From the NCBI GenBank assembly GCA_025786725.1, contig JAHLTZ010000002.1, positions 744,001-808,000 of the forward strand: a DNA stretch of 64,000 nucleotides. The letters run 5' to 3'. Under the pieces are notes generated by a model, which saw only the letters and a list, made by a program, of their open reading frames with translations, was not told the origin of the DNA and made no database searches. A program made the translations under genes and the position numbers. Shown piece after piece: positions 1-13,382 of the stretch; positions within the stretch are counted from its first letter, which is position 1, and every line of letters starts with the position of its first letter. The DNA comes from Syncephalis fuscata S228. Lineage: Eukaryota > Fungi > Zoopagomycota.

Positions 1-487
1 TGCATACACTAGGAAAAACAAAAACAAATAGATTTCGGACCACAAACGCAGTGTTCCGCCCTTAATATAAAGCTACTTGTTCAATAAAAGGATCGGCCGC
101 TCAACTAGGCGTTAAAAGAGGGTAATGTCGGGGGTAAAGCTACAGGATGTGTGGCGATGCAAGGTGCAAACACTTTGTCGTCCATGCATGCAAGTGCGTA
201 ACAAGAGCAAGTGAAGAAGCGTAGAAAGAATCGACGGTGGTAGTGGTGGTGGTAATGGCCGTGGTATTTTGTCATGAAGGCGACTAATAACAAGACGTGA
301 ATGGGGGAACTTTGATGGATCTGGATTGAAATTTGGATTAACCTCTTGTTTACGGTAGTACAATTATGATAATGCACCAATAGTTGTTGTTGGTTGATTA
401 AATCACGTGGTTTAGTAAAATTTCTTTATTTTTTGTATTTATTATTTCACTTTACTTTATCTTTTCACTGCCGTTATTATTACCGCA

Positions 488-1709
488 ATGGTCTTAGAAG
501 AAGAAAAAGCCATTCATAAACAAGAAGAGGTGGCAGTACCGCAAGTTGTCTCAAACAACAGTGATGATGAAGATGGCGCACTGTTAGATGGTGGTCTATT
601 CGAAGTAATCAATAATTAAATAAAATAGTGAATAATGAATAATGGCTAATAAATGGCTATATGTAGGAGCCGGCAAACTACCGGCCGCCATCGCCAGAAG
701 CAACCTTTGTCGAGTATGATCGTGCAACAAAGCAAGCTACATCGGATATTTTGCGTCTCAGGCTTGTTGGTGCTCATCCATTATGGGGCCATTATCTGTG
801 GAATGCTGCGCGTGTATTTGCCGATTATCTTGAGACAAATAGTGCAACACTTTGTCACGGTCGACGTGTACTTGAATTGGGTGCTGGTGCTGGTCTGCCT
901 GGTATTATTGCATCGTTGAACGGTGCACAACGTGTAGGTTTATAAACTATTATCTAATAATAACAATGAACAAGATGAATTACTATTTGATTAATTTGTT
1001 AATTTATTAATTCAACTTGATTTATTTAGGTATTATTAACCGACTACCCTGATGCTGATTTACTTGATAATCTACGAATTAATGCTCATAACATTGCACC
1101 TGATGCTGTTAATGCAAATCAGCTAGCCGTAGAGGTAAGTAAAAACCATCAGTATTAACTATACAAATATATTAATTAACAATACAACACTAGGGATATC
1201 TATGGGGCTCATCCATTGAACAATTAGTAGCTACAACTGATATAACAAATGATATTGTTGAGCCAGGCCATTTCGACACGATTATTCTTAGTGATCTGGT
1301 ATTTAATCATACTGAACATCGATCAATGCTTCAAACAGTACGTGCATGTCTATGTAAAGCATCAGGTATGGCTGTGCCAAGTCAAACAACAGCTATGCCA
1401 AGATACGATGAACAATTAAACGCCATTCCACGCGATGCACCTTGTCCGCCATTATTACCATTAACGCAACGCGAAACAACTGCACCTCAAGCACTTGTAT
1501 TCTTCTCGCACCATCGACCATGGTGGGCAGCGCGTGATTTACACTTTTTTGAATTGGCACAATCATCATCGCCAATTTATGGCCAATTACGTGTTGAGCG
1601 TATTCTCGAAAAGCGTCTACAGCCAATGTTTGAAGAAGATCCAGGATCGGCTGAAGTACGTGCCACTGTACACGGTTACCGCCTTACATTGGCCGAATCA
1701 GTTAATTAA
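488..1709 (+). CDS. EFM7: Protein N-methyltransferase Efm7/Nnt1 family (Methyltransf_16), 4 exons
   Basis: ATG at 488. Spliced product contains LFE/EPANYRPPSP, LRLVGAHPLWGHYLWNAA, the SAM motif VLELGAGAGLP, LTDYPD, GYLWG, IILSDLVFNH and FFSHHRPW. Introns are GT-AG. Confidence 0.88.
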
Positions 1710-2034
1710 ATAATAAATAGGATTATCGTAATAAATGAATCAGTTAATTGGCTAATTGCTTAATTAAAGCTATTGTATAAATGAATGGCAATGATTTATT
1801 GTTACTTGATAGAAGAACAAGTAATAAGCAAGGGGGAAAGAAGGCATAGTCGGTATAATGTATAGATAGATAGATATATTGAGAAAGATGATTATTAGTA
1901 GGATAATAATAGTGCCATCTTATATAGTAGATAGCCGATATAGTCATCCAAAAACAAAACAAAGACAAGCTTATAGATTTGAGCTAAAATGTAGCCTTGT
2001 ATACGGCGATAAATAGTACCATGCATTATTATTA

Positions 2035-4241
2035 TTAAGCATTCTCGGCGTACATTGCATCGATAATCTCTTGATATTTAGCTTGAACTGGTTGACGTTT
2101 TACCTTGAATGTAGGTGTCATCAAGTCGTTCTCAACGGTGAATGCTTCATGCTCAAGATGGATGTTTTTTACGTTCTCAAAGCCTTTAAGATCATTTTGC
2201 TTGCCAAATACGTTAAGTTGGCGTAGAATATGCTGACGAATTTCTTCGTTTGCACATAGCTCCTTAAACGTTTTGTCAGCCATCTTGTGACTGGCAGCAA
2301 ACTTCAAAAGCTCCTCTTCATCGGCACAATAATACCGACTAGCGTTGCTTGCAATGAATGACCATAAACGAATGATTGTGCAACCAATTCATGCTTCTGG
2401 TACACATTTTCAATACGTTCAGGCGCAATATACTCGCCTTGGGCCAATTTAAAGATGTTCTTTGCACGATCGATGATTTGTAAACGACCCGCATCATCCC
2501 ATTGGCCGACATCGCCCGTACGGCACCAGCCATCAATAAAGGTTTCGGCGGTCTTTTCAGGCATTTTGTAGTATTCGCGGAAGACTTGGTTACCTTTAAC
2601 ACAGATTTCACCGCGTGGATATGGCTTATCGGCACTGGTGTAGTTCATTTCAGGCAGATCAACGAGTTTAACTTCACAGCATGGGAATGGTGCACCGATA
2701 TGGTTGCTTGAAAGGTCAACGCGCGATGTCATCGTAAGACCAGCCGATGTTTCTGTCTGGCCATAGCCTTCGTAGACTTCAGCACCGAAGCATACACGCA
2801 GAAAGTCGATAACATCAGCCGAGATTGGTGCCGATCCACTAAGCATACAACGAACACGGCCACCAAGCTTGGCACGAACAGTACCAAAGACTAGACGGTC
2901 CCATAGCCAATGGTAGGATGTTCCGTTTTTCAAGTTACGTAGTTTTTGCTTGTACGCCGTGTTGAACAGATAGGCAGCAATGCCACCCTTGGCCTTAACA
3001 CCGCCCCATACTTTGTCGTAAATACGGTTGAATAGGCGTGGTACACTAACAAATAGCGTTGGCTTAAGCTCATTAACATCGTCGAGCAATTTCAAAGTAT
3101 CGCCCTGGTAGAAGCCAATGCTACCACCATTGTTGGTGATAATCAAATGAAGAATACGCTCGAATACGTGAGCTAATGGCAGATATGAAATGTACACGTC
3201 ATTGCTAGTAAACTGTGTCAACTTCTTATTGCGTGACAGCTCAAGTGCAGCCTCCATATCAGATAACATATTGCGATGTGTAAGTACCACGCCTTTAGGT
3301 AGGCCAGTAGTACCGCTAGTATAGCAGATAGTGAACACATCATCAAGCCCAGCTGGATTGGCCGTCTCAAGTCCGCCTTCACGGCCAAATTCTTCAGCTT
3401 GACGAATGGTCAATACTTGAATCGCTTCACCAGCCAATTGACGTAGTCGATCCATGGTAGCATCGTCAACTAGATCATCGATAATGATAATCTTGGATAG
3501 AGATGGTAGCACATCACGCATACTAAATAGCTTTTCAGCCTTATCAACAGTAGCAAATAAGAATCGGATTTCTGTCTGATTGATGATATGCTGAATGGCG
3601 TCATTTCCAAGTGTATCGTACAGGGGGACGGTAATACAGTTGTACATAAAGCAAGCGTGTTCACCAATGATCCATTCTGGTCGATTAATGGAGAATAGAC
3701 CAATACATTCTTGCTGAGTAACGCCAAATTTTGCTAAACAAGAGCCGACGGCCTCAACTCGCTTCAATACTTGGCCATACGTCTCCCAAACATAAGGACC
3801 GGCCACGCCATTTGTAACGGTACGACGGCCAAGATATGGGCCATCATTTGACACTTTGGCACCATGTAGTAAATTGCCATAAGACGAGTAAATACCTTGA
3901 GGTGGGCCAATTAGATCGCGGTCACCAAGGATAGCATTGCGTCGTGGCTAAAGATAACAACAATAAAATAGTATTAATATTGGTATTAATGACATTGACC
4001 GCATTAGCCGTATTAACAATATCAATATGATTAATATGATTAAATGGCTATTATTGTGATTATATAAAGCTTTACACTTAAATATTTATACTATTACACT
4101 ATTAACTTGCAAACAGCGCAATCTACTTGCTTGTCTGCCACTAACACATACACAAACTGTATATATACATACCTTGCCTTCACCGGCAACCTCCACTGCA
4201 TTAGGTGATTCGATAGTTTGCAACTGTACTTTTTTGCCCAT
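2035..4241 (-). CDS. Long-chain fatty acyl-CoA synthetase (ACSL/LACS type); 1 intron near the 5' end; apparent 1-nt frameshift near 2322
   Basis: AMP-binding motif TICYTSGTTGLPKG, YEGYGQTE, RTGDVG, IIDRAKNIFKLAQGEYIAPE and C-terminal TPTFKVKR. ORFs 2304-3854 and 2035-2307 join as IIVP(D)EEELLKFAA if one base is added. Confidence 0.93.
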
Positions 4242-5753
4242 ATTGAAATTACAACTATTATACGCTAAAGATGACTTGACAGAAAACGGTACGTAGCTAT
4301 ATTACTTGTTCCACTCGCTGTCGACGTCGACGTTTCAACTAAAGCTTATAAAGCTATTGGCAATTAAGTAACGGCTAACGCTTTAAAAGAGTGCTTTGTG
4401 CGTGAGAACTATGTATTCAAATGAATAGCAGCTGAGTAGCCGGTAGAACAATAATTGCAATAATAATTGTTTCGGTAGTATTAACTCCAGCCCGATACTG
4501 CAGTGTGAGAATAAGCGGAGTAATTAGCACGAGAACAAGTAAAGGAAAGTATGGCTGGGAATAAAAAAAAGCGCGTTTAAGAGTAAAGCAACAATAGAAA
4601 ATACGTCTGTGTGTCGATAGGTAGGTGAGTGAGTGGTACACGCGGCTAGATTAGTGGCGTATTTGTACGTTATCCAGTGTGTGTGTGTGTGCCAGTGTGT
4701 GTAGCACGTCGGTAGTATCTGTCGATTGATAGCGATTGGCTACTGGACAGTCGAATGAATGGGCGGGGTAAACGAAACAAAAAAAGAAAGGAAGGAAAAT
4801 AAGAAGGCAAGGCAAGGCACGGCTTTATGGCTCAATGTGGCTTACTTGCTTACTCGTTCGCTTGCTTGGTATTTACACTCTGCCAAGTATACAATAGTAA
4901 ATGACCGTCCTATGAAACACAAAATAGGCATGCCATTCACGATGGATGGAATAAGAAAATAGAACGATTGCCACATTCGTAAGTCGTCTAATGGGCCACA
5001 AATGGCACATGTATCCTCTATAGCACTCATCCATTAGCACCCCTGGCACTATTTTGTGTCTTATCTTTTGCCATCAAAGACACGATAAAGTAAAGATGAA
5101 GCTAGAGGAGAACAGAGGAGAATGGTGTGCTGGGCCCATTGTTTGTGCATAAATAACACGTTAAGAATAGGCTGTTATTCCCGCATTCTTCCGTAATTCA
5201 TTTAACGTAAAGCAGCTACAGTAAGTAATATTTAGCAAAAGACAATGAAATATAGCCGGTCTATTATGGCGTGGCAGATTGAAATAGATCCAATTCCCCA
5301 CACTTTACACACAGACACCATTAGAACATTCGATGATGACGGCACTGCCACTCCAATATGCCGCTTGTCTTTTACCCATTGACACGTGAGGTAGAAGCTG
5401 GTTTCTTAAATTATATGCAACAAGAGAAGAGTAGGCAAAGACGCCTTTTGTATGCATGATAACGGAGTCAAATTTACCGATAACCTATTTTGTTTAGCAA
5501 TAAACAACAAATGATGATTAAATCGGTTGATTTACTTACCTACTAAACAACTAGTCTATAACAAATGATGATGTTATCGACAATAAAAATATTAATAATG
5601 ATGTTAATAGTAACAACATTAATAGTAATGACAATATTGCTATTATATTTTAAATCGATAGTGTTTATCTTTTGATTTATTCAATTGACAAATAGCGTGG
5701 TAATCACATTTTATATAGCCATTATTAATCTTATGACATCAAAAAATACTCAT

Positions 5754-7287
5754 CTACTGCGATGATGCGGTAGAAGCAAGCCAGTCACGCAAAAGATGGC
5801 ATTGCTCAAGGACAGTAGCCCGGCTTGTGCCACCAATACTAGCACGCTGTTCAACGGATTTCTCAAAGTCCCAGACACCAGCAACATCATCGGCAAATGC
5901 CGGATGTAGTTGGCGCAGATTATCTGGTGTTAACTGCGAAAGAGTAACACCACGATCTTCGGCCATACGAACAGCAGCACCAGAAATGTGGTGCGTTTCG
6001 CGGAAGGGTACCTAGTTTAACCGGTTACTACGTTAACTCAACCATTTTTGTACTTTCGGCAGTTTAACTTACGCCTTTGCGAACAAGATATTCAGCCAGA
6101 TCGGTGGCCAGCATATCGGCACTAAGACTGGATCGCATTTTCTCCGCATTGATCTATTTTATTTTATTAGCAAATACTCTATATGACTATTCCATTCTTT
6201 CACTTACTGTTAGCGTAGCAAGTACACCAGCGGTAATTTGCAATGAACCGGATACAGTATCGGCTGCATCAAACATCGGCTCTTTATCTTCTTGCATATC
6301 CTTGTTATATGTACTTGGTAGGCCTTTAATGGTCATCATAAAGCCGGCCATCTGACCAAAAGCCCGTCCACTTTTACCACGAAGTAATTCAAGACTATCT
6401 GGATTCTTTTTTTGCGGCATCAAACTACTACCTGTGCTATAGGCATCGGCAAGCTGTACAAAGCCGAATTCACCGCTGCTATAGATGATAAGATCCTCGG
6501 CCAGTCGACTGATATGTGTCATAACAAGGCTGGACCAGAATAGAAACTCGGCCACAAAATCACGATCTGATACGGCATGTAGCGAATTTTGAGCAATACG
6601 CTCAAAGCCTAATGATGCTCCTAAGGCGGATCGATCCACAGTAAATGGATTACCAGCTAGAGCACCGGCACCCAATGGACTGGTGTTGACACGAGCAAGC
6701 AATTGATCAAGACGTTCGGCGTCAGCGTGCCATGACCATACATAGCTTAATAAAAGATGCGACCAACGAATTGGCTGTGCACGTTGCAGATGTGTATAGC
6801 CTGGCATAAGTACATCTTGCTCACGTTCTGCACGCTCTACAGCCACACGAATCAGTTGTAGCAAATGCTCACGTATCGATTTGATTTCGTCACGTAACCA
6901 TAGTCGCATATCAGTAGCAACTTGATCGTTACGTGATCGACCCGTGTGTAATTTGCCGGCCACAGCACCAACAATTTCACCAAGACGTCGTTCATTTGCT
7001 GTATGGATATCTTCGTCACCGGCCACAATCTTAAAGGAACCACTCTCCCATTCGGCACGTACTGCGTCCAGACCACTCTGTAACGCCTTCAGCTCCTCGG
7101 CCGTCAATAGTCCACGTGTGTGGAGCGCCGCGGCATAAGCACGAGAGCCGGTCAAATCCTGTGCGTACATTCGCTTGTCAAAACCAATTGAAGCGTTAAA
7201 ACGCTCCATAAGTGGGTCAGTTTCGCCCGAGAAACGTCCGCCCCATAACTTGGCGGGTCCCGACGATGGTTGCTTGTCTTGAGACAT
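5754..7287 (-). CDS. ARG4: Argininosuccinate lyase, spliced
   Basis: [32 protein letters not shown], the signature [24 protein letters not shown] and [10 protein letters not shown]. Confidence 0.97.
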
Positions 7288-7743
7288 ACTTGTGATAGAA
7301 GCGAATAAACAAACGTGGCTGGTTGGCAGACTGACTAACTAATAACAATAGACGGGTGTTAAAAGAATAAGCGATACGATAAAGATGTAGGATTTTAAAA
7401 AAAGATGATCAGTTTAATCTTGTTGACATACCAAACTGGTATATAAAATATTATACAGTTATAATAATTGCAACAGCATCAATATTAGTATTTGGCATTT
7501 ATATCTTTAATAAAAAATAATTAAACATTAATCATATTTGCTAGTTAGTTTGGCATAATAATTATTGACATAGCAACTGTAAGCTATCAATTGTGCACAA
7601 TGAGTATAGTATAATGTTACAAATTAATTTATAAATCAAACAGCATTAATATGTTTTAATTACTATTTAATACTAGTAACTATTAGTCTAGTAAATACCA
7701 CTGTAGTACAAATAGCATGCCATAATAATAACTGGCATGGAGC

Positions 7744-8390
7744 TATTTTACTTTGAGTTTCTATCCTTAAACTGGGACAAAAAGATTCATAACTCGAATG
7801 ACAAACTGTCGACCAGTTTTTACCACTGAGAAGTGGTTTGTTGAAGTAGTGCCACATCAACTCCGATTGAATCCATTAGAGTCTTAATTAATCTGCACTA
7901 TTTTCAATATTCGATGTCAGTGGTAATAATGTTAAATAGTATTTCATGCTACTTACAATAAAATGTTACATTTGATAATGATGTTGATGCAACAGTAGAA
8001 TATTAGAAAATAAAAGAGACCATTCAGGCGCAAGAAGCCACACTGTACGTAGTAACAACAATAACAACTGCGGAACGATATGGAATCACAATCATATGGC
8101 TTTTATTAATATTCGATCAATCTTTCTACGCATAACCAACAACAATAATAATCGGTCTCAAATGTTTCAAAGTAGTCAAATAGTATGTTACATTCTTTTA
8201 TTTAAATGTCTAATATTATTACTGATGCAATGTTCTGTTACATTTAATTCTATTTTATGGAAATGATGATGCTATTACATTAATAATTATTGTGAATGAT
8301 CATTTAAACACAAATTAATCTAATCAACTATCTAAATCATTACAATTGATTGCGTAAAATGATTTACTACTCCGGGATTAAAGTCAATAC
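7744..8390 (+). mobile_element. Non-autonomous Fanzor-derived element (family 2, copy A); internal-deletion derivative of the 54688-55976 type
   Basis: Both arms align by eye to 54688-54926 and 55563-55976. The core translates NCGTIWNHNHMAFINIRSIF...NRSQMF, a decayed zinc-finger/RuvC-III motif (CxxCxxxWNRDxxAxxNI). Confidence 0.72.
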
Positions 8391-8624
8391 CATTTCATTT
8401 AAAATCGATACAATAACATTCAAATAAAAACAATACATTGTATTCTTCCTACATTATCCTTGTAATGGTACATGGATATCATATCAAGAATAGCAATTGG
8501 ATTAAGGATACATCAGTGTATTTTAATATAAATCGAAACAAACACTCGCCCACAAATAGACAAAGAGACACGCGTATACGCACTTAGCAATCATAAGTAG
8601 TAATGATATTAATAATTAGCTCAG

Positions 8625-11358
8625 TTAATGAGCTGGACTAGCTGGCGTATCATCCTTGTTACTGCTGATTCCTTTCGCTTTTTGAGCAGCTGTGTCATCA
8701 TCACTTGCTTCATCGCCAATCGACTTTACGCGTTGCATTGGACTGGATGCAGCAGCGTCCTCAACATAAGATTGCCAGAGAGAAACCGTCTAATTATCAA
8801 ATAAGTAATTAATTTCCTGCTTTCTAGTTACACTTACCTCACGTTGACTTTCCAGCATAGCTTTAAAGTAGTTTTGGACAGCATGTTTAAGGTCGTCTAC
8901 TTTGTTTCGATCAAAGCGTACCAATTCATTGCGTAGCGTAAGTGAAATTTCCTTAAATTCACTATGATGCCGTTCTGCCAATGATTTACTCTGTTTAATA
9001 CATTATATAAGCTATAGAATATTGTACTAGTGCGTATTCACTCACCTCAGCAATCTCAGTAGTTAGCTGTGTCAACCGTTCTCGAGTTATATGAACATTA
9101 ACTTCGGCTTTTGACAAAGCAATTTGACGTCGTTGCGTTTCACGTATACTACTCTGCCACATTTGGAACATCTTTTCCCGTGCCCCAAATGCCACCTAAG
9201 ATAACGTCACAATGTTAAAAACATTAACTATCTAGTAATCCATCTAACAATTAATACATACCCTGATCGAACTAACTAAACGAACATATTCATTGACGGT
9301 GTCTTCGAGTGTGCGCGTGTCAAGCAATGCTTGCCTATCCTGGATATTTTGTAGCTTTGTCTGTAAATCACCCATCGATACCAATTCGGTCGAGAAGTCT
9401 TGACCCAGATCGGCACTGGCCAGAGACAACATACTGCTTGACAATTCTCCATGGGCAACGGCAAGTTCTGTTGATTAATAATAAATACATGCTTTAATAT
9501 TTAATACTTGTTATTATCCTTACCTTTACGCTGTCTAATCATCATTTCTACAGCTCGTAAAAGTGCCTTTAACTGATTTTCAAACACTTCTAGCTGACGT
9601 CCTCGTTCTTCAAACCACTAGTATTAAAAATTAGATAATGTAGGATGTTAATTAATACTCGTTACCTCATCCGTTTCTTGGAACTTTGGAAGAGTAATGT
9701 TATTAACGGCATTTCCTACAGCGCGAATCAATCCTTTGGCTGTATCTTTGCGATGGCTAATCTCTGTCGAAAAGGTTTCTGATTCCAAAAAGCGTCGTAG
9801 TTCAGGATCGCCATACAACAGCGGATGAGCTGTCATACGACGTAGACAATTCTCTAAAGCAACACGGCGATTTTCAACAAACTCATTTTGAAATCGGCCT
9901 ATATAATACAAATAAATATTCATTAAATAATTATTGGATTTAAAATTATTATTAGAATTAAAACTAACACTGTTGTTATGATTAACTTACCAAAAGCATT
10001 CTTTTCTGGAATTGGTGGTACAATAATACCAGGGTTCGTGGCAACTAATTGATTATACAACCAGACAAAATCATTATAACGACGTTCAACTACAATATCT
10101 GGATATCGGAATGCTTTACTATTGGTCTTTAAATAACTGGATATTAATACACCAATGCAATTGCTGTCTATAATGATTTACATACCTTAGTGCGAACTTT
10201 ATAGACAATGCGTGCATTGATTGCATCAACGCCAATTTTTTGAGGCTCTGATACAGTAACTTCAAAATCGGGCTGCACACCTGGCTTAGGCACTTCTAGT
10301 GGTGGCAAATCCTTTTGCTTCACCTATAATAGGCATTAAATAGAAATGATTAATAATGCTATGCATAAATCTATTTATAAACACATACTGTTTTACTCGT
10401 AGACTCCACAGCAGACTAATAGAATAACACCAAAAGAACTGTGTTAATAATAAAAATATTACAGTACAATAAATATCAAGTATTACCTGTTCATTAATTG
10501 ACGAATTTTCATAAGTGGTCATATCGTCGTCAAAATCGCCAGAGTCCAATCGTGTCATCATGGCAAACTTGCGTCGACTGCTTAAATCTTCATTCTCTCC
10601 TAATAATTCGGCCATGGCCCCTTCGTCTACTTCGGCATGAAGTACACTTTCCTGTATATTGTCGTCGCCGTATCGCATAAATGCTCGGCTAGTATAGTTT
10701 GGTGATGAGGTAGCTCTTGGCGACCACGTAGTAACCGGGTTGCTGTATAGACGTGCTTCTCCAAAATCGTTATCAGCATCGGCATCGCCAAAGGATGACC
10801 GGCTATAGTTACGGCTTTGAGGCTGAAGATTGACAGCCTTGGCTGTAGTTGCCAATTCATTATCAGACTGGCTGGCCTCCTCTAGTTCTGCAACCAATAT
10901 ATCAGAGGTAAGATCAGCGCCATCGTTATTGTCATCCTCAGAAAGTTCATGCTCGGCCAACACCTCTGCTGCAAGTTGTTCAACGGTGGGTGGCATGTTG
11001 CTATCGTTTTCCGGTTCAGGGGAAACGCGATGCTTAGCTGAATGCGCTGATAGTGTCGAACGAGTAGACAGTTGAGTACTATGATGGCGCCAGTCTGCCT
11101 CTGTGAATATTGGCCCAGGGGTAGCAGCGGCAGGGGAAGGCGAGTCATACATGCCAGCTGTATATTCACCCTGGCTTACCAATCGTGCCGAAGACTGTAC
11201 GTGATTTGTGGCAGCCGAAGAACTAGCGACTCTATCTGGTGCCATCGCTTGGTCCAAGTCAGCCTCTTCGCACCCATGTTAAGGTTTCGATTGAATATAG
11301 TGCTCAAATGATTGTCTTCATCATCCGAGACGTCAATAGTTGGGATAAATTCGGCCAT
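8625..11358 (-). CDS. VPS5: SNX-BAR sorting nexin (Vps5/SNX1-like), multi-exon, long acidic N-terminus; apparent 1-nt frameshift near 11268
   Basis: PX domain (FEVTVSEPQK, VERRYNDFVWLY, PGIIVPPIPEK, FVENRRVALE, HPLLYGD), followed by BAR helices (EYVRLVSSIR, FKEISLTLRNELVRFD). Stop TAA at 8625-8627. Confidence 0.85.
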
Positions 11359-12101
11359 GCTGAGGCGGTACAGCGGCACTCGAGCAAGTAAAAATCAAAG
11401 GTATTGTTGCGAATACAGGAATAGCAACAAACCAACTATAGTGTTGGTGGAAACAAACTTAAGCGCAGGCGTTAGTGACAGTGTGTATACAATATGTCCA
11501 ACGGCCAATGACTTAGCAGACAAGACCGCTAAACAAAACCAAGTCTGAAAGTAAGATGAGAGGCTCAAGAAGACAAGACAAGAAGGAAAGGGGAAGAGGT
11601 ACGCACAATGCCTACAATATTGGGGCAGTAAAGTAACGTCGCTCGAGAGTTGGTGAAGACGGTAACCGGGCCGTATACGCTGGATAGCAATAGCAATAGC
11701 AATAACAACAGTAGAACCTACCGAACGGGCAAGTAGAGATAGTGGTCGTTATAAAACTTAAAAGTTTCTGCTCTAATGACTGTGCAAAGATTTAAAAAGA
11801 TTGGTAAAGACCGTTCCAATAATAAGCAAATAGAACGCAATATAAAGGAAAATGGCCAAAGTGACGGCGATTTAATAGTGTTGGCTCAAATACCATTTCT
11901 ACACACAATGACGCATCGTTGTAATTAAGTGCTACCTCTATAATTTATTTCAACGTAAAATGTGGTTTGAGTAAACATGAATACTTTTGCATGCAGATAA
12001 CCAACAGATACGCAATGCTGTTGCGGTTACTTGAAAGTACAAAATGTAAAATAAAATGAAGAAAAAAGTATTAATTAGAAATCAGTAACCGTCATTAAAA
12101 A

Positions 12102-12764
12102 TATTATAATAATTACCATATTATTTAAAGTCGATAAACTCCAAGGAATATTAGCTTCTTTGAAACCAATTCGGTATAATGCTGCTCAATTGTAGACTAT
12201 CAAGAATATGTTTGAAATTCAAAGCATCAGCCAAGTCACAATTCCACAATCTTGCACCCGTAAAAGTTTTATGAGCTTTCTTACAATGTTAGTTTGCGCA
12301 CGTACAAGCAATCTAGATGTTAGAATAAAGTATTTATTTTGTATTCAATCTATAAATTATAGCACCTTAGAAGTCTATTGTACTTTACTCTTGCATAATT
12401 TCTATATTAATACGGAAGTGGATTATCAATTATTTTGAATATTTCTAAACTTTGAGCTTGACCAATGGGACAGGTTTTAGAGCTGTTATACTCATCAATT
12501 AAAAGCATATTGAACAACTATTTTAAAGCGTATGCTTCAAGCTAGCACCTCAAATAGGTTCTTGAAACTTTACATGACTTGCAGGCCAGTTACCAAATAT
12601 CAAAGTAGCATCACTGCCAAACTTGGATTTAATCTTACTGATAAGCTTTTGGTCCGCTTGCTGTCGTCTAATGTACAAAAATAGCTTTAGTTTTCTAAGC
12701 AGCCAGGTTTGTTTGATAGGATCTATATTTGTTTGATAAGCGTAATATGGTGCAAGATATTGGC
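12102..12764 (-). mobile_element. Fanzor family 1 remnant, 3' part only; near-identical inverted copy of 16493-17150
   Basis: The reverse complement matches 16493-17150 almost base for base. The ORF track shows the same spurious MFEIQSISQV ORF at 12208(+) and 17046(-). Encodes decayed RuvC-II and RuvC-III. Confidence 0.85.
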
Positions 12765-13382
12765 TGAATAAAATTGTTATTTATGTTTATATGTTGAAAC
12801 ATACATTAATTTCATTAATTATAACTTTTTTGTAATAGTATTTGAAATGATTAAAGCCATTCACTTAATCTATATTATTGCGCTTTATTATACCCATTAC
12901 TACTTGGCAGACATGAAAATAACATCCAATAGTTCTATATATAATTTTAAATGCATATTTACAAAAATAGTTGTTAGATATTATACATTGATGTACAATA
13001 TTGTGGACAACTAGTTTTTTCTTTAAAAAACGATGAAAAATCATGGTGACAGATTAAAGAAGAAATGGTATCGCGTGATAGTTACTAAATTGAAAATTCA
13101 AATTAAATCAAATTCAAATTATTGATTGCATCCAACCACTGCGTTACTATTAGTGCTACTTTGGACACGTGTTTTAAATATTTGTTTGATATTTCAAAAT
13201 GACATCTAGCACATGGTAATATTCATTTATATTATTTCATTGCCAAAATTTAAAGCAACTACCAGGTATTTATTCAAAATATTTTCATCTCGTAAACATT
13301 GTCTCATTTTTCACTTGCTTTTTATTGACATTTTATACAGCTAGATTATACAATTATTTTCAATACAACAGTTAGTTGCACG

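Noticed and set aside
105-380. Overlapping short minus-strand ORFs (His/Pro-rich)
   Set aside because: They arise from a GGT/GTG low-complexity tract and show no domain. More likely UTR or promoter of a gene outside the window.
8500-8512. GTATCCTT U12-like donor on the minus strand
   Set aside because: It lies downstream of the VPS5 stop with no evidence of an intron. Similar hits elsewhere fall inside exons or on the non-coding strand.
12208-12438. Duplicated ORF MFEIQSISQV... (also 16858-17046)
   Set aside because: It is the antisense shadow of the Fanzor remnant. The recognisable motifs are on the opposite strand.
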